From Octopus sinensis (lineage: Eukaryota), in contig NC_043012.1 of the NCBI RefSeq assembly GCF_006345805.1, positions 52,576,001 to 52,640,000 on the forward strand: a stretch of DNA of 64,000 bases, in the 5' to 3' direction. A model generated the notes under the pieces. That model saw nothing but the letters and a program-made list of their open reading frames with translations. It made no database searches and had not been told where the DNA came from. Made by a program: the position numbers and the translations under genes. Shown piece by piece: positions 15,444 through 27,205 of this stretch (position 1 is its first letter; every line of letters begins with the position of its first letter).

Positions 15444-15752
15444 TACATTTTGTGCGTGGTTCTAACGACTTTCCTATTTCTTCAACTTTCGTACATCAAC
15501 ATATAGATATATATGTGCGGAGATATATATATGTGTATGTGTACGTGCGCATGGTGTATGAGTGTATCTGTGTCTCTGTTTACACCAATTTAGAAACGGT
15601 GCAGCATATTTTCATGCCTATATGTCTTGTATCTTGGGCAAGTAGTGATAGAAAAATAAGTACCTGAACGAAATAATAAAATTACACGGGAACATATGAT
15701 TCAGTAAATCCCCTGATGGCTGTGCACTTTAAGTGCAATGAGTGTAGCAAGT

Positions 15753-15817
<65 letters not shown>

Positions 15818-16164
15818 TATATATGCGTGTGTGTATGTACGGTGGGGGTGAGAGACCGTGTTACGAAAACGAGATAGACTTCAATATCGTTGGAATTAGA
15901 GGACTACATTTATTCAATGATACACTGTTTCTCACAGGGCTTAGGACAGGTGGAGAAATAAGGTGATGAGCGTATCTTCGATACAGAAACTTGAAGAGTT
16001 GTATGTGAGTCTCCATAAATGAATCATCCAATACATGCATGCAGATATATATATATATATAATATATATATATATATATACATGCATACATACATACATA
16101 CTACATACATACATACATACATACATACATACATACATACATACATACATACATACAAACAGAC

Positions 16165-16199
<35 letters not shown>

Positions 16200-16719
16200 A
16201 ACAATTTTAGTGTATGCATTTTATTGTCACTTATGTATCGCTTGTTTACTGTGCTGTATCTTACGCCTGTTTAATACTTAAAATTAACTCTAAATTGTGT
16301 GTTATACTTGAAGATATCTAAAGCAACGGGATCTGTTCTCGCATTTTCTTCAATGCCCACTTCATGAATATATCAGGATTGGTCATTACTTTACATTTTA
16401 TAGCGCCTTATTTTACTTTAACTTATGTAATCATCTCTATTTTATCTTCCTCCTTTGTTACAACTTCCATTCATTATTCCGTCTTGCATTTAAAACTACC
16501 TGACAGCAACGTTTAAATTAACCTGTTTTTAAACTAGTCTTTCTTTATTAGCAATTTTATTAAGACATCTCTAAACTGCAGTTAAAATTGTTCGTCTTTT
16601 TTTCTTCCATTTCTCTCAAGTCAGCTGGTTATCTTAAAACATTTATGATTTAATCTCATTCTTGTTCTTCTATACACTTTCATTAATAATAATGATCCTT
16701 TCGACTATTGTCACAAACT

Positions 16720-17010
16720 GAAATTTCTGGGAATTACATCGACCCTTGGGCTCAACTGCTACTTACTTCATCGATCCCGAAAGGATGAAAGACCAAGTCG
16801 ACCGCGGGGAAATTTGAGTTCAGAACATAAAGATAGACGACATGCCGCTAAGCATTTTGTCCGGGTTGCTAACGATTGTGCCAGTTTTTTGTTAATGATT
16901 TTAAATTTTGACGCGGGACCTGGCAAGGGAGGGATAAGTAGATTACATCGACTCTCAGTGCTCAACTAGTACTTATTTTATCGACCCCGGAAGGATGAAA
17001 GGCAACGCTT
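16720..17010 (-). mobile_element. Two adjacent partial family A SINE copies
   Basis: TTACATCGACCC...ATCGATCCCGAAAGGATGAAAG..AAGTCGAC occurs twice, as the reverse complement of family A. Confidence 0.7.
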
Positions 17011-18199
17011 TAATCGATTTAACACTAATGCACGGTACGTCGATTCCTTGGCTGCATTCTCTCTGGTACATGGATTCAGGCCAATTGTCTGATATGAGCA
17101 ACACTTTCTCCCTTTCTTCTTTCCGTCATCCATCCTTTTTTTTTTTTACTTTCCTGTATAGGAAATCATATGCAAGACGTTCGTCTCCTGCATTTGTCAT
17201 TTAGTTAGTAAGTGGCATGAGGTTCATGAATCTTTACAAAACCACGGAGACGAGCGGCAAACAAGGAAGATGATATCCCCCAAAACAGAAACCTGATACA
17301 AACGCTTGCAACCGATTAGATTTTTCCATTAAAGACGCACAGCGAACGATGATGCAGTTAAACAGGCTACAGAGTAAGTGAACCCTTTCAAAGTCGTTTA
17401 AAAATGTTTTATAAAAATCCGGACACTGTGATAACCATTGAGTGAGAATTTGTAACTGTCGATCAAGTACACCTCGACAAAACACGTTCGATTTCCAGTT
17501 GAACCAGGAATAATTTCAGTTCAATTAATTATTGTTTGTGCGAGGATGCAACTCAGACAAGTACAGAAGATTTTAAAGAAGTTGTTTTGTCTTATTAAAT
17601 TGGTCTCGACACTCGCAGTACTTAATCGGAAAACAAAATTCCTCGGTCTCAAACCAGCGATTCATTAAGGGGAAACAAAGCATTTTCATTTCATAATGAA
17701 AACATAGATATTCTACAAATAATTAATTGGTTTAATAGCAACACGTGTGAGTAAAATTCCTTGTGAAAAAAAGGAGAGAAAATATTTCTTAAGTATTCAA
17801 CGGTCGATTGTCAGGTTGAAAGGCAAACAGCAAAACGTCAAAATAAAGTGCTAAACTCAAAAGTTTTTATCATTTCCATCTTCATTTTTCTTCTTTCTCT
17901 TCTTCTCGGAATTCTTTTTCTTCTTCGTGTTTTCTAATTATTTTTTCTTTTAACTTTTTCTCTAACTTTTACTTTCTCTCCTTTTTTTTAAATTTTTATC
18001 CTCTTCCATCATTATTTTTTAACACCTATTTATGTTGTATAATAGAGAATTATTGCCTCTCTGTCAGATGGCCAGGCAACAGTTCATCATTGGAAACAAG
18101 ATGCCATTTCAAGACACATACGAACAACATCAACACGATTTCTTTATTTCTTCGCATTCGTTTTTGTTCTACACTTCTTCTTCCTTTTCTTCTCTTTCT

Positions 18200-18424
18200 T
18201 CTTTTTTTCTTCTTCTTCTTCTTCTTCTTCTTCTTCTTCTTCTTTCTTCTTTCTTCTTCTTCTTCTTGTTCCTTCTTCTTCCACACTTGCAAAAACTGGA
18301 GATTGGTTGAGAAGAACAACAAAATAAAAATGGTCTGCACCGCATCATAAGTCTTGTAAAGAAATTGTAGTTCTTTACACTTATCCCTGATATGCTTCAT
18401 GAAGCCTATTAATCAAAGAGTTAC

Positions 18425-18455
<31 letters not shown>

Positions 18456-19030
18456 GAAGAACACGAACACGAACACGTACAACGAGAACAACAATAGCCA
18501 TCAAATATAGTGTCGACATTAATAATCTGGGAGTCGGACGATGGACATCTGAAAAGCTTTGAAAACACCTCAACAAAGATAACAATGGAAAACATTCAGA
18601 CCGAAACAATGTGTGAGTACAACACGACGACCACCAACGCCAACACCACCACCAACAACAACAACAATGACAACGACAAGTAAAACATCAGTAATGGCAG
18701 CAGCAGCAGCAACACAGCCACAACAACCACAACAACCACAACAACCACAAATGATGGTGATGATGATGAGGATGATGATGACCTGGGAAGAAAAGTAAAG
18801 GTGAAGAAACGGAAGGGAGAAGAGGGGAAAGAGAAGAAAAAGAGGGTGGATGGAGAAGAGGAGGAGGAGAGGAGGGGAGGTAAGGAAATGAGGTAGTGGA
18901 GGTGGGGAGAAAGAGGGGTGAGGAGGAAGAGCAGTAGGGTGTGGGGGAGAAAAGGAGAAGGGTTGAGGAGCAGAGGAGCTGGAGAGAAATGATGAGGTGG
19001 CGGAGGAACGGAGCAACGGAGGAGGAGTAT
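18200..19030. repeat. (CTT)n, (GAA)n, (CAA)n, (GAT)n and GA-rich low-complexity tract
   Basis: Direct reading. Confidence 0.85.
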
Positions 19031-20408
19031 AGGTTTAGAAATAATTAGATATTTTTTTCTCCATGTTCCCAATTTTGCAGGGCTTCCACCACTGAGTTCC
19101 TGGAACGCATCATATGTGCTGGCTTATCTCCCCGGACCATACATTTAAGCAATAAAATTTTGTGCGGCTGACCCCCGTCCGTAAACCCTTATTTGAAAAA
19201 GCCTGGGAGGCAACAATATCCGTCAATTAATTCGATCCTAGTATTTTATGAGGCTCACATGCAGTGAAAGAACAACAGCTCAGCAGAAAACTAGACGCAG
19301 GCATTAGGCTAATGGATCGTTATAGTTTGAAAATAGCATTGGCCATATTAATTATATGCTGCCAACCCAGTATTTACTTGTTTCAAGTCAGATCAAAAAT
19401 CATTTGCTATTAGTAACCCTAATCTGCTTCATTGTTGGACCTTCAGCAACTAAACTGCCAACACCACTCTCCGGTGTGTACAGTGTGGATCGACATTCAA
19501 AAAGTAACAGTACCTGGTCCACAATTTATATAAACTCAACATAGACCCGCCCGTCATCAATCAAACCTACAAATGCACTGATTCCCTGTTAAAGACATCA
19601 GTTTACCATCAGTGACTTTCTTCGTATCTCTTGCAACTGGCTGCTGGTCTCTAGAGCGAACTGGCTTTGCCTTTACTCTTACTCTGAGGTACCCAACGAC
19701 AGAAGCTCTTTCATAGTGGCTAAGATCAACCAAGTTGACTTGAATTAGCTCTGACTTCGCTTTAAGTGTTTCTCTTTATCTTTCAAACAACGGAAACTAT
19801 TGGAACATATACTTTACAGCATTTCAGTTTATAGTAAATAGCTTAGTTGCTGGTAATTCAGCTCGAGAATGTAAGGTCGTGAATTTGATTCCCAGCAGTG
19901 CGTTGTGTTCTTAAGCAAGATATTGGGTTGCCCGGAAAGTTCGTGCCGATTTATAGTAACTTAACTTTCGACTTATTTTAAGAACATGGTTGAATCCATA
20001 AAATAGAATTTGACTATACCTCTATTTAGAGCACAGTTTCAACTATCTTTTCGTGGAAAAAGGTTTATGTTCCTATAACCTATGTTAATTCTGTAACCCT
20101 TTAAAATAGAAGATAAGGAAGTTCATTTTCGGAAATTGGTGCTTTAGGAACCAGACAAAAATTGCTACAGCTGGGATGTGTTACCCCACCCTACATATTC
20201 ATCAGATATTGTTCCTTCGGATTTCCACTTATTCAGGTCTCTGCAGAATAGTCTTAATGGTAAAAATCTCAATTCCTTGGATGACGTAAAAAGATACCTT
20301 GATGAATTCTTTGCCATGAAACCACCTCAATTCTGGGAAGAGGGTATTTTCAAGTTAAAGGAAAGATGGAGATGAATTGTGCAACAAAATGGTTCATATT
20401 TGGTGATT

Positions 20409-21954
20409 CTTTATTACCCACTAGGGGCGACACAGATGGGGACACCAAAAGACATGGGGACATAGAACATTATAATTAAAATTTATGAAAAATGAATTGT
20501 TAAGTGAAAGAAAATGATAATGTGAAAGCGATACTAACGGCCCCGTCCGTTAGCATCACTTACCTGTCCTTTGTTTTTCATAGTCACTTGAATGTTCTTT
20601 GCCAATACGAATAAATTCCATATCCATTCTTACTCCGAAATACTCATCCATATTTTCCACGAATTCATCGCTCATTCTTATATCTTTCACCTCCCAATTC
20701 TCCCTTTCACACCTCACCATAAACTCATCTATGTTCTTCTTTTCAATCACAGCATACCTAGTCTCACCAACTTCATACCATTTATACTCTTCCATTAGAC
20801 TTTTAACTTCTTTCTGTTCAGTCATAGTACAAATGTACGGCCTGATATCGAATTCAATCTCTTGTCTGTCTGTATTATTTTTTTCTTTTGTTTTCTTGTT
20901 GGGGGGGGGGGGGGGGGGCGGGGGGGTTCAATTTCTGCATGGATAGGGTGGGACTCAGAGGGTGTGGGTGGTTTTGGGGTAGATTGGTGTTCCATGTTAT
21001 TTTCTTTTCCTCGTATTCTTCTCTTCCTCTTATTTCCAGCTTCCTTCCATTTCTGTGTATTCTCTTCCTCTTCTACTGTCTCCTTCTCCTCTGGTTTCTG
21101 CTTCTCTCTCTCTGGTTCGGAATCCATTTCTTTCCCTGGGGGAGGGCAGAAGGCTCTTATGTGACCCCTCAGGCCACACTTGTAACAACGTGGAGCTCTG
21201 CCCTCCACCCACACTCTCATGATCACGTCTCCCAATCTGATGCTTTCCGCCAGGTCCACCAATACCTCGTTCTCCGCCTGTACGTTCAGCTCCACTATTA
21301 CGCCTCTCCAGCCCTCGGACTTAACCGAGGCATGGAGAATATCCACTTCGTCCTCGTGGCCGCTGATCACAGCCGCCACAATCCACTCTGCCTCCACGTT
21401 TGGTGGCACTCCATCCACCCTCACACGTGTAATCCTTCTATTCAAATACGTAGGTAGAAGTGTTACCTTTTCTGACTTCACCGCCTTCGCCGCCATCTTC
21501 CTCGCTGCACACTCACTTTTAAAATGTACAACTACGGTACCATACTTGGATCCTCGAGTCAGAAAATTAATTTCCTCCTCAGTTCTTCTCAGGGCTTCCT
21601 CTATCCACTCCATGGTTACAACTTCTACCCTCCTCCTTTCGTTTGCGAACACCCTGTAAATAATGGTCCTCTTATCATACCATTCTTTTCTCCTGGGTGT
21701 CGGTGATAGTTCCACCTCACCGCTTTCCTTTTTCATGTATTTCTGGTAACTTGGTAGCTTGGCCAAGTCGACCCCTTTCTCTTCCGCCTTCTTGGTTACA
21801 CCGGCATAGGTATAACCCAGCTTCTCGTCCAATTTCCTCGCTGCCATTTCTAGCTCCTTCTCAGACGTAGACAAGTCTGATAAAGACTCGAAAACTCCAG
21901 CCTTTTCTTCCATCAGCTTCATTGTAATTGCCTGTTCCAGTTCCTCATCTGTCG
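20409..21954 (-). mobile_element. ORF1-only non-LTR retroposon, copy B (5'-truncated, 1546 bp)
   Basis: Colinear with copy A (roughly 95% identical by eye). Flanked by TGGTGATT at 20401-20408 and 21955-21962. Truncated at the position equivalent to 23500, with TGG microhomology. Confidence 0.9.
20556..21922 (-). pseudogene. ORF1 of copy B; lacks the start region and is frameshifted at the poly-G run 20901-20926
   Basis: ORFs 20822..21922 and 20556..20825 together correspond to the single ORF of copy A. CCHC RCYKCGLRGHIRAFC is retained. Confidence 0.85.
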
Positions 21955-21962
21955 TGGTGATT

Positions 21963-23713
21963 CTTTATTACCCACTAGGGGCGACACAGAGGGGGACACC
22001 AAAAGACATGGGGACATAGAACATTATAATTAAAATTTATGAAAAATGAATTGTTAAGTGAAAGAAAATGATAGTATGAAAGCGATACCAACGGCCCCAT
22101 CCGTTAGCATCACTTACCTGTCCTTTGTTTTTCATCGTCACTTGAATGTTCTTTGCCAATACGAATAAATTCCATATCCATTCTTACTCCGAAATACTCA
22201 TCCATATTTTCCACGAATTCATCGCTCATTCTTATATCCTTCACCTCCCAATTCTCCCTTTCACACCTCACCATAAACTCATCTATGTTCTTCTTTTCAA
22301 TCACAGCATACCGAGTCTCACCAACTTCATACCATTTATACTCTTCCATTAGACTTTTAACTTCTTTCTGTTCAGTCATAGTACAAATGTACGGCCTGAT
22401 ATCGAATTCAATCTCTTGTCTGTCTGTATTATTTTTTTTCTTTTGTTTTCTTGTTGGGGAGGAGCGGGTGGGTTCACAGTCTGCAGGGATAGGGTGGGAC
22501 TCAGAGGGTGTGGGTGGTTTTGGGGTAGATTGGTGTTCCATGTTATTTTCTTTTCCTCGTATTCTTCTCTTCCTCTTATTTCCAGCTTCCTTCCATTTCT
22601 GTGTATTCTCTTCCTCTTCTACTGTCTCCTTCTCCTCTGGTTTCTGCTTCTCTCTCTGTGGTTCGAAATCCATTTCTTTCCCTGGGGGAGGGCAGAAGGC
22701 TCTTATGTGACCCCTCAGGCCACACTTGTAACAACGTGGAGCCCTGCCCTCCACCCACACTCTCATGATCACGTCTCCCAATCTGATGCTTTCCGCCAGG
22801 TCCACCAGTACCTCGGTCTCTGCCTGTACGTTCAGCTCCACTGTTACGCCTCTCCAGCCCTCGGACTTAGCCGAGGCATGGAGAATATCTACTTCCTCCT
22901 CGTGGCCGCTGATCACAGCCGCCACAATCCACTCTGCCTCCACGTTTGGTGGCACTCCTTCCACCCTTATTCGTGTAATCCTTCTGTTTAAATACGTAGG
23001 TAACAGTGTTACCCTTTCTGACTTCACCGCCTTCGCCGCCATCTTCCTCGCTGCAGACTCACTTTTAAAATGCACAACTACGGTACCGTACTTGGATCCT
23101 CGAGTCAGAAAATTTATTTCCTCCTCAGTTCGTCGCAGGGCTTCCTCTATCCATTCCATGGTTACAACTTCTACCCTCTTCCTTTCGTTTGCGAACACCC
23201 TGTAAATAATGGTCCTCTTATCATACCATTCTTTTCTCCTGGGTGTCGGTGATAGTTCCACCTCACCGCTTTCCTTTTTCATGTATTTCTGGTAACTTGG
23301 CAACTTGGCCATGTCGACCCCTTTCTCTTCCGCCTTCTTGGTTACACCGGCATAGGTATAACTCAGCTTCTCTTCCAATTTCCTTGCTGCCATTTCTAGC
23401 TCCTTCTCAGACGTAGGCAAGTCTGATAAAGACTCGAAAACTCCAGCCTTTTCTTCCATCAGCTTCATTGCAATTGCCTGTTCCAGTTCCTCATCTGTCG
23501 TGGACAAGTCTGTTAGAGACTCATAGTCCATTTCCTTCTGTCTGACAGACCGAAAACGGCCGCCAAAACAGAAAAAAGTGTAACCCGCCGAACGAGCGAA
23601 ACGCGAAACCGCATCAACGCCGTTCAGAATTTCCACAACAACAACAACGCTTTTTCTTCTTTTTTACCGAATTTTCAGGAGCCGAAAAAAACACAACCGA
23701 CCAAATGGGTAGG
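21963..23713 (-). mobile_element. ORF1-only non-LTR retroposon, copy A (apparently full length, 1751 bp; HAL1-like 'half-Tx1')
   Basis: 11-bp TSD ATTTGGTGATT at 20398-20408 and 23714-23724. 182-nt 5' UTR, single ORF, 147-nt 3' UTR ending ...GCCCCTAGTGGGTAATAAAG. No EN or RT, no LTRs, no TIRs. Confidence 0.9.
22110..23531 (-). CDS. Intact 473-aa Tx1/L1-type ORF1 (gag-like nucleic-acid-binding) protein
   Basis: First ATG at 23531 (MDYESL...). CX2CX4HX4C knuckle RCYKCGLRGHIRAFC. The preceding RRM-like region aligns by eye with ORF1 of the LINE at 46585-47186 (KRTIIYRV/KRTIVYKI, LLPTYLNRR/MIPSYLGQR, VEGRAPRCYKCG/VEGRRPRCYICG). Confidence 0.85.
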   Translation of the reverse strand: MDYESLTDLSTTDEELEQAIAMKLMEEKAGVFESLSDLPTSEKELEMAARKLEEKLSYTYAGVTKKAEEKGVDMAKLPSYQKYMKKESGEVELSPTPRRKEWYDKRTIIYRVFANERKRVEVVTMEWIEEALRRTEEEINFLTRGSKYGTVVVHFKSESAARKMAAKAVKSERVTLLPTYLNRRITRIRVEGVPPNVEAEWIVAAVISGHEEEVDILHASAKSEGWRGVTVELNVQAETEVLVDLAESIRLGDVIMRVWVEGRAPRCYKCGLRGHIRAFCPPPGKEMDFEPQREKQKPEEKETVEEEENTQKWKEAGNKRKRRIRGKENNMEHQSTPKPPTPSESHPIPADCEPTRSSPTRKQKKKNNTDRQEIEFDIRPYICTMTEQKEVKSLMEEYKWYEVGETRYAVIEKKNIDEFMVRCERENWEVKDIRMSDEFVENMDEYFGVRMDMEFIRIGKEHSSDDEKQRTGK

Positions 23714-24277
23714 ATTTGGTGATTAAAAATGTAATGGCAAGTATTTATTGACCTTTTTCTTTCTTTTAAAAATCGGACAACCCAGTACTTTATTTCACTT
23801 TGCTCCAGTTTACTCAGCTGGCAAAAATAAGTGGTACCCGTAATTTAAAGGGCCAGCTTTGTCACATGCTGAATCTCCCTGAACATTACGTGAATAGTAC
23901 GCGTGTTTCTGGAGTGCTCATCCATTTGCACGTTAATAGCATGAGCAGGCTGTTCCGTTAATCGGATCAACGGAAATCCTCGTCGTAACAGACGCAGTGC
24001 CAGTTTAACTTTAAAAGTTGCTTTAGATAATTCTACATGAAATTCTACTTGTTTCTATCTTAGACACAAAGCCAACAATTTCACTGAGGGAGCTGTTCAA
24101 TATCATCGAACTTTGGACTCCACTGCTACTTCATTTAATCGACTCTGAAAAGATGAAATACAGGATGACTAGGGCAGAATTTGAACTCAGAATATTAAAA
24201 GCCTGAAGACAAGCTGCAATGCAGTTGCCTCGATGCTCTAACATTTCCGTCAATCCACTACCTTGAAAATTACTTAA

Positions 24278-24602
24278 CCCCTTACCCAACAATTATTTTG
24301 AAAATAAATGTATTTTTTCAGACATATTTTTTAATTGTTTTATTTTACTATGATTTGATTTCGAGGTATATATAATTGTGATTTCGAGGTATATTTCAAA
24401 CCTTATTTATTATGAATTTTAATTCAATAATATTGATTTTAAATTACCGCTTTGGACAGAAACGAGTTAACCCGTTTTTAGACGAAGGAACTCGTTTGCT
24501 GTCGATTTTGGCGAGTCTATCTTTTGACGAGTTAACTCGCCAGAGATAGAAAAAAAACGATTTCGGTCAAAACGAATATATTCGTTTCTGCCGGGTAAGG
24601 GG
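24278..24602. mobile_element. piggyBac-type MITE (325 bp)
   Basis: TTAA (24274-24277) + CCCCTTACCC ... GGGTAAGGGG + TTAA (24603-24606): perfect 10-bp TIR with TTAA TSD, no coding capacity. Confidence 0.8.
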
Positions 24603-24623
24603 TTAATTATAATGCGCATGCAC

Positions 24624-24851
24624 AAGGCGGCGAGCTGGCAGAAGCGTTAGCACGCCGGGCGAAATGCCGTATTTCGTCTGCCGTTACGTTCTGGGTTCAA
24701 ATTCCGCCGAGGTCGACTTTGCCTTGCATCCTTTCGGGGTCGATAAATTAAGTACCAGTTACGCACTGGGATCGATATAATCGACTTAATCCGTTTGTCT
24801 GTCCTTGTTTGTCCTCTCTATGTTTAGCCCCTTGTGGGTAGTAAAGAAATA
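24624..24851 (+). mobile_element. Full-length tRNA-derived SINE, family A with Tx1-type tail
   Basis: Head GGCGGCGAGCTGGCAG (A-box-like) and GGTTCAAATTCC (B-box-like). Tail ...GCCCCTTGTGGGTAGTAAAGAAATA. Confidence 0.85.
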
Positions 24852-25286
24852 TATAATGCTCATACACTTTGGGGTGGCTAAATCGGTACTCCATTAAATA
24901 AAATAGCCTGCTGTATTTCCTTTTCAATCTCTCTTATTCGAAGTCCACTTCCCTCCAGTTCTTTTGTTGATTAACTAAATCTGCATTTATGTTGAAGATG
25001 ATGGTCAAAGCTTTTCTATCTGTGACCATTTCGTCCACTTTCTTTCGTGAACTTCACCCGTTTTAAAAAACCTCAGGGAGCGATATGTGAAAGTATTGGT
25101 TCCTCATTCCAAAAGATCAACGGACCATGTAGAGACTGCTTGGTGTTTGACAACGATATGGTAGAGAATTATTAGGATTCGACTCCGGCAGAATTCGAAC
25201 TCAGAACGTCGTGTTTTGTAAATAAATACTTCCGTAAGGCAGCGCACTATTGTTCTTGCCACTCCAACTCTCTCTCTCTCTCTCTC

Positions 25287-25323
<37 letters not shown>

Positions 25324-25509
25324 AAACAATTGCACGTTCTATGCGATAGAGTTACTGATGGGGATATTTTTTTAAGCTTTTAATTGTTGAAAGATTTACT
25401 CTCCCGCAACCAAATATATATTTGTGCATACATATACATACATGTATACATAAACACACGTGCACGTACATATATATAGATATTTTGATAAATATGTCTA
25501 TTTATAAAC

Positions 25510-26060
<551 letters not shown>

Positions 26061-26999
26061 TATAGAGTGTGTATATGTAGTATATCTATTGTAAATAACA
26101 CGATGAATGTAGAATAAAGAAGAAAAAGACAGAAAAAAACTTCGCGAAACAATCTATTTTTCTCCTCACAGCTGGAATCTTAAAATACTGCGTTTATTTA
26201 AAAGATATTAATTCGACTGGGATAAAACAACAACAGCAGCAGCAACAACAACAACAACAACAGCAACATGTGAGAGTAGATAATCGTTTCAACTTTCAAG
26301 TTACTTCTTTTCTTTCTTTCTTCTTTGTTTTGTTTTCTTTTTTTTTTATATTATTCTGATTATCACAAAACATCTTAAAAACCAGGTTTCACAGCGCCTA
26401 TTCACAACAGATATTTTCGCTTCTGAAGTGGTCCACTTACACTTAAAATCATAATAACTAGTCTATCAGAAAGATAACCGACCGAACTCTCTGTATAATA
26501 CGAAAGATATACATAAAAGAATGTTTCAAAAGAACACAAAACATAGGATACAAGCCGACTAAAAGATATAGTAAATGTTTATGATGTTATAATTTACTAA
26601 AGATTTCCCTTCAAAGCTTTCAGAAGTTTCTAGCACTCGTGATGCAAGTCGTAAGTTGAAAGATGGAAAGACAGGCGTGTTGTAAACGTGTAAAACGAAG
26701 CGGATATGATTATTATATTTTTTTTAGATTGATGTGCTGGGTTTTCTTTTAAATATATATAGGCGTGTGTGTGTGTGTGTGTTTAGGAGTGTATGTATAT
26801 GTATATCATTGTGTAATTAGGGGTAAAATATTGGCCAAGCCAACCTGCAATACTGTTTTGATACTGCTTCTTGCATCTCGATATAAATTAGAAGCATTTT
26901 TGTGATTACGGTCAACGTGAAACAGTGAAATAAACTATCGGTGAACCCAGTTTGCATGCGATTCTAAAATTTATATGTATATTTCTCTGGAGAAATGTT

Positions 27000-27205
27000 G
27001 ATTTCAAATCTTGGCACAATGCAAGCAATTTAGGGGAGGGAGAAAAGTCGATTACATCGACCCCAGTGTTCAACTGGTGCTTATTTTATCGACCCTGAAA
27101 AGATGAAAGGCAAAGTCGACCCCGGTGGTATTTGAACTCAGAACGGGAAGATGGACAAAATACCGCTGGCTACTTTGCCCAACGTACTAACGATTCTACC
27201 AGTAC
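27000..27205 (-). mobile_element. Family A SINE with the alternative tail (CCCTAAATTGC..TTGTGCCAAGATTTGAAA)
   Basis: Reverse complement of the family A body, preceded by the alternative tail at 27001-27040. Confidence 0.75.

Larger units (their letters stand above)
19923..23785 (+). mobile_element. Internally deleted mariner (DD34D type), ~550 bp of own sequence, interrupted by the 3.3-kb retroposon insertion
   Basis: TA TSD at 19921-19922 and 23786-23787. Left TIR TTGGGTTGCCCGGAAAGTTCGTGCCGATTT; right TIR partly deleted (AAATCGGACAACCCAG). C-terminal transposase PHPTYSSDIVPSDFHLFRSLQN at 20178-20375. Confidence 0.85.
19828..24003 (+). mobile_element. tRNA-derived SINE (family B) split by a mariner insertion: 5' part ~19828-19920, 3' part 23788-24003
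   Basis: ...GTTGTGTTCTTAAGCAAGA|TA...TA|CTTTATTTCAC... rejoins to match the intact copy at 37737-38057 (GTTGTGTCCTTGAGCAAGACACTTTATTTCAC). Confidence 0.8.

Noticed and set aside
18060-18180. Putative exon after CTCTCTGTCAG (MARQQFIIGNKMPFQ...)
   Set aside because: It runs into (CTT)n without a donor site, and the peptide is unrecognised.
20592-23252. Plus-strand ORFs overlapping the ORF1-only elements (e.g. 22153..22710, 22416..22991, 22765..23205)
   Set aside because: Antisense shadows of the minus-strand ORF with no motifs. Their duplication just reflects the two copies.
23532-23636. 35-aa N-terminal extension in the 508-aa ORF call
   Set aside because: It relies on a GTG start inside the T-rich 5' UTR. 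The first ATG is at 23531.
20409-23713. Interpretation as an LTR retrotransposon or retrovirus with two long LTRs
   Set aside because: The repeats abut with no internal region, lack TG..CA ends, PBS and PPT, contain the ORF themselves, and have variable-length TSDs and a 5' truncation typical of target-primed reverse transcription.
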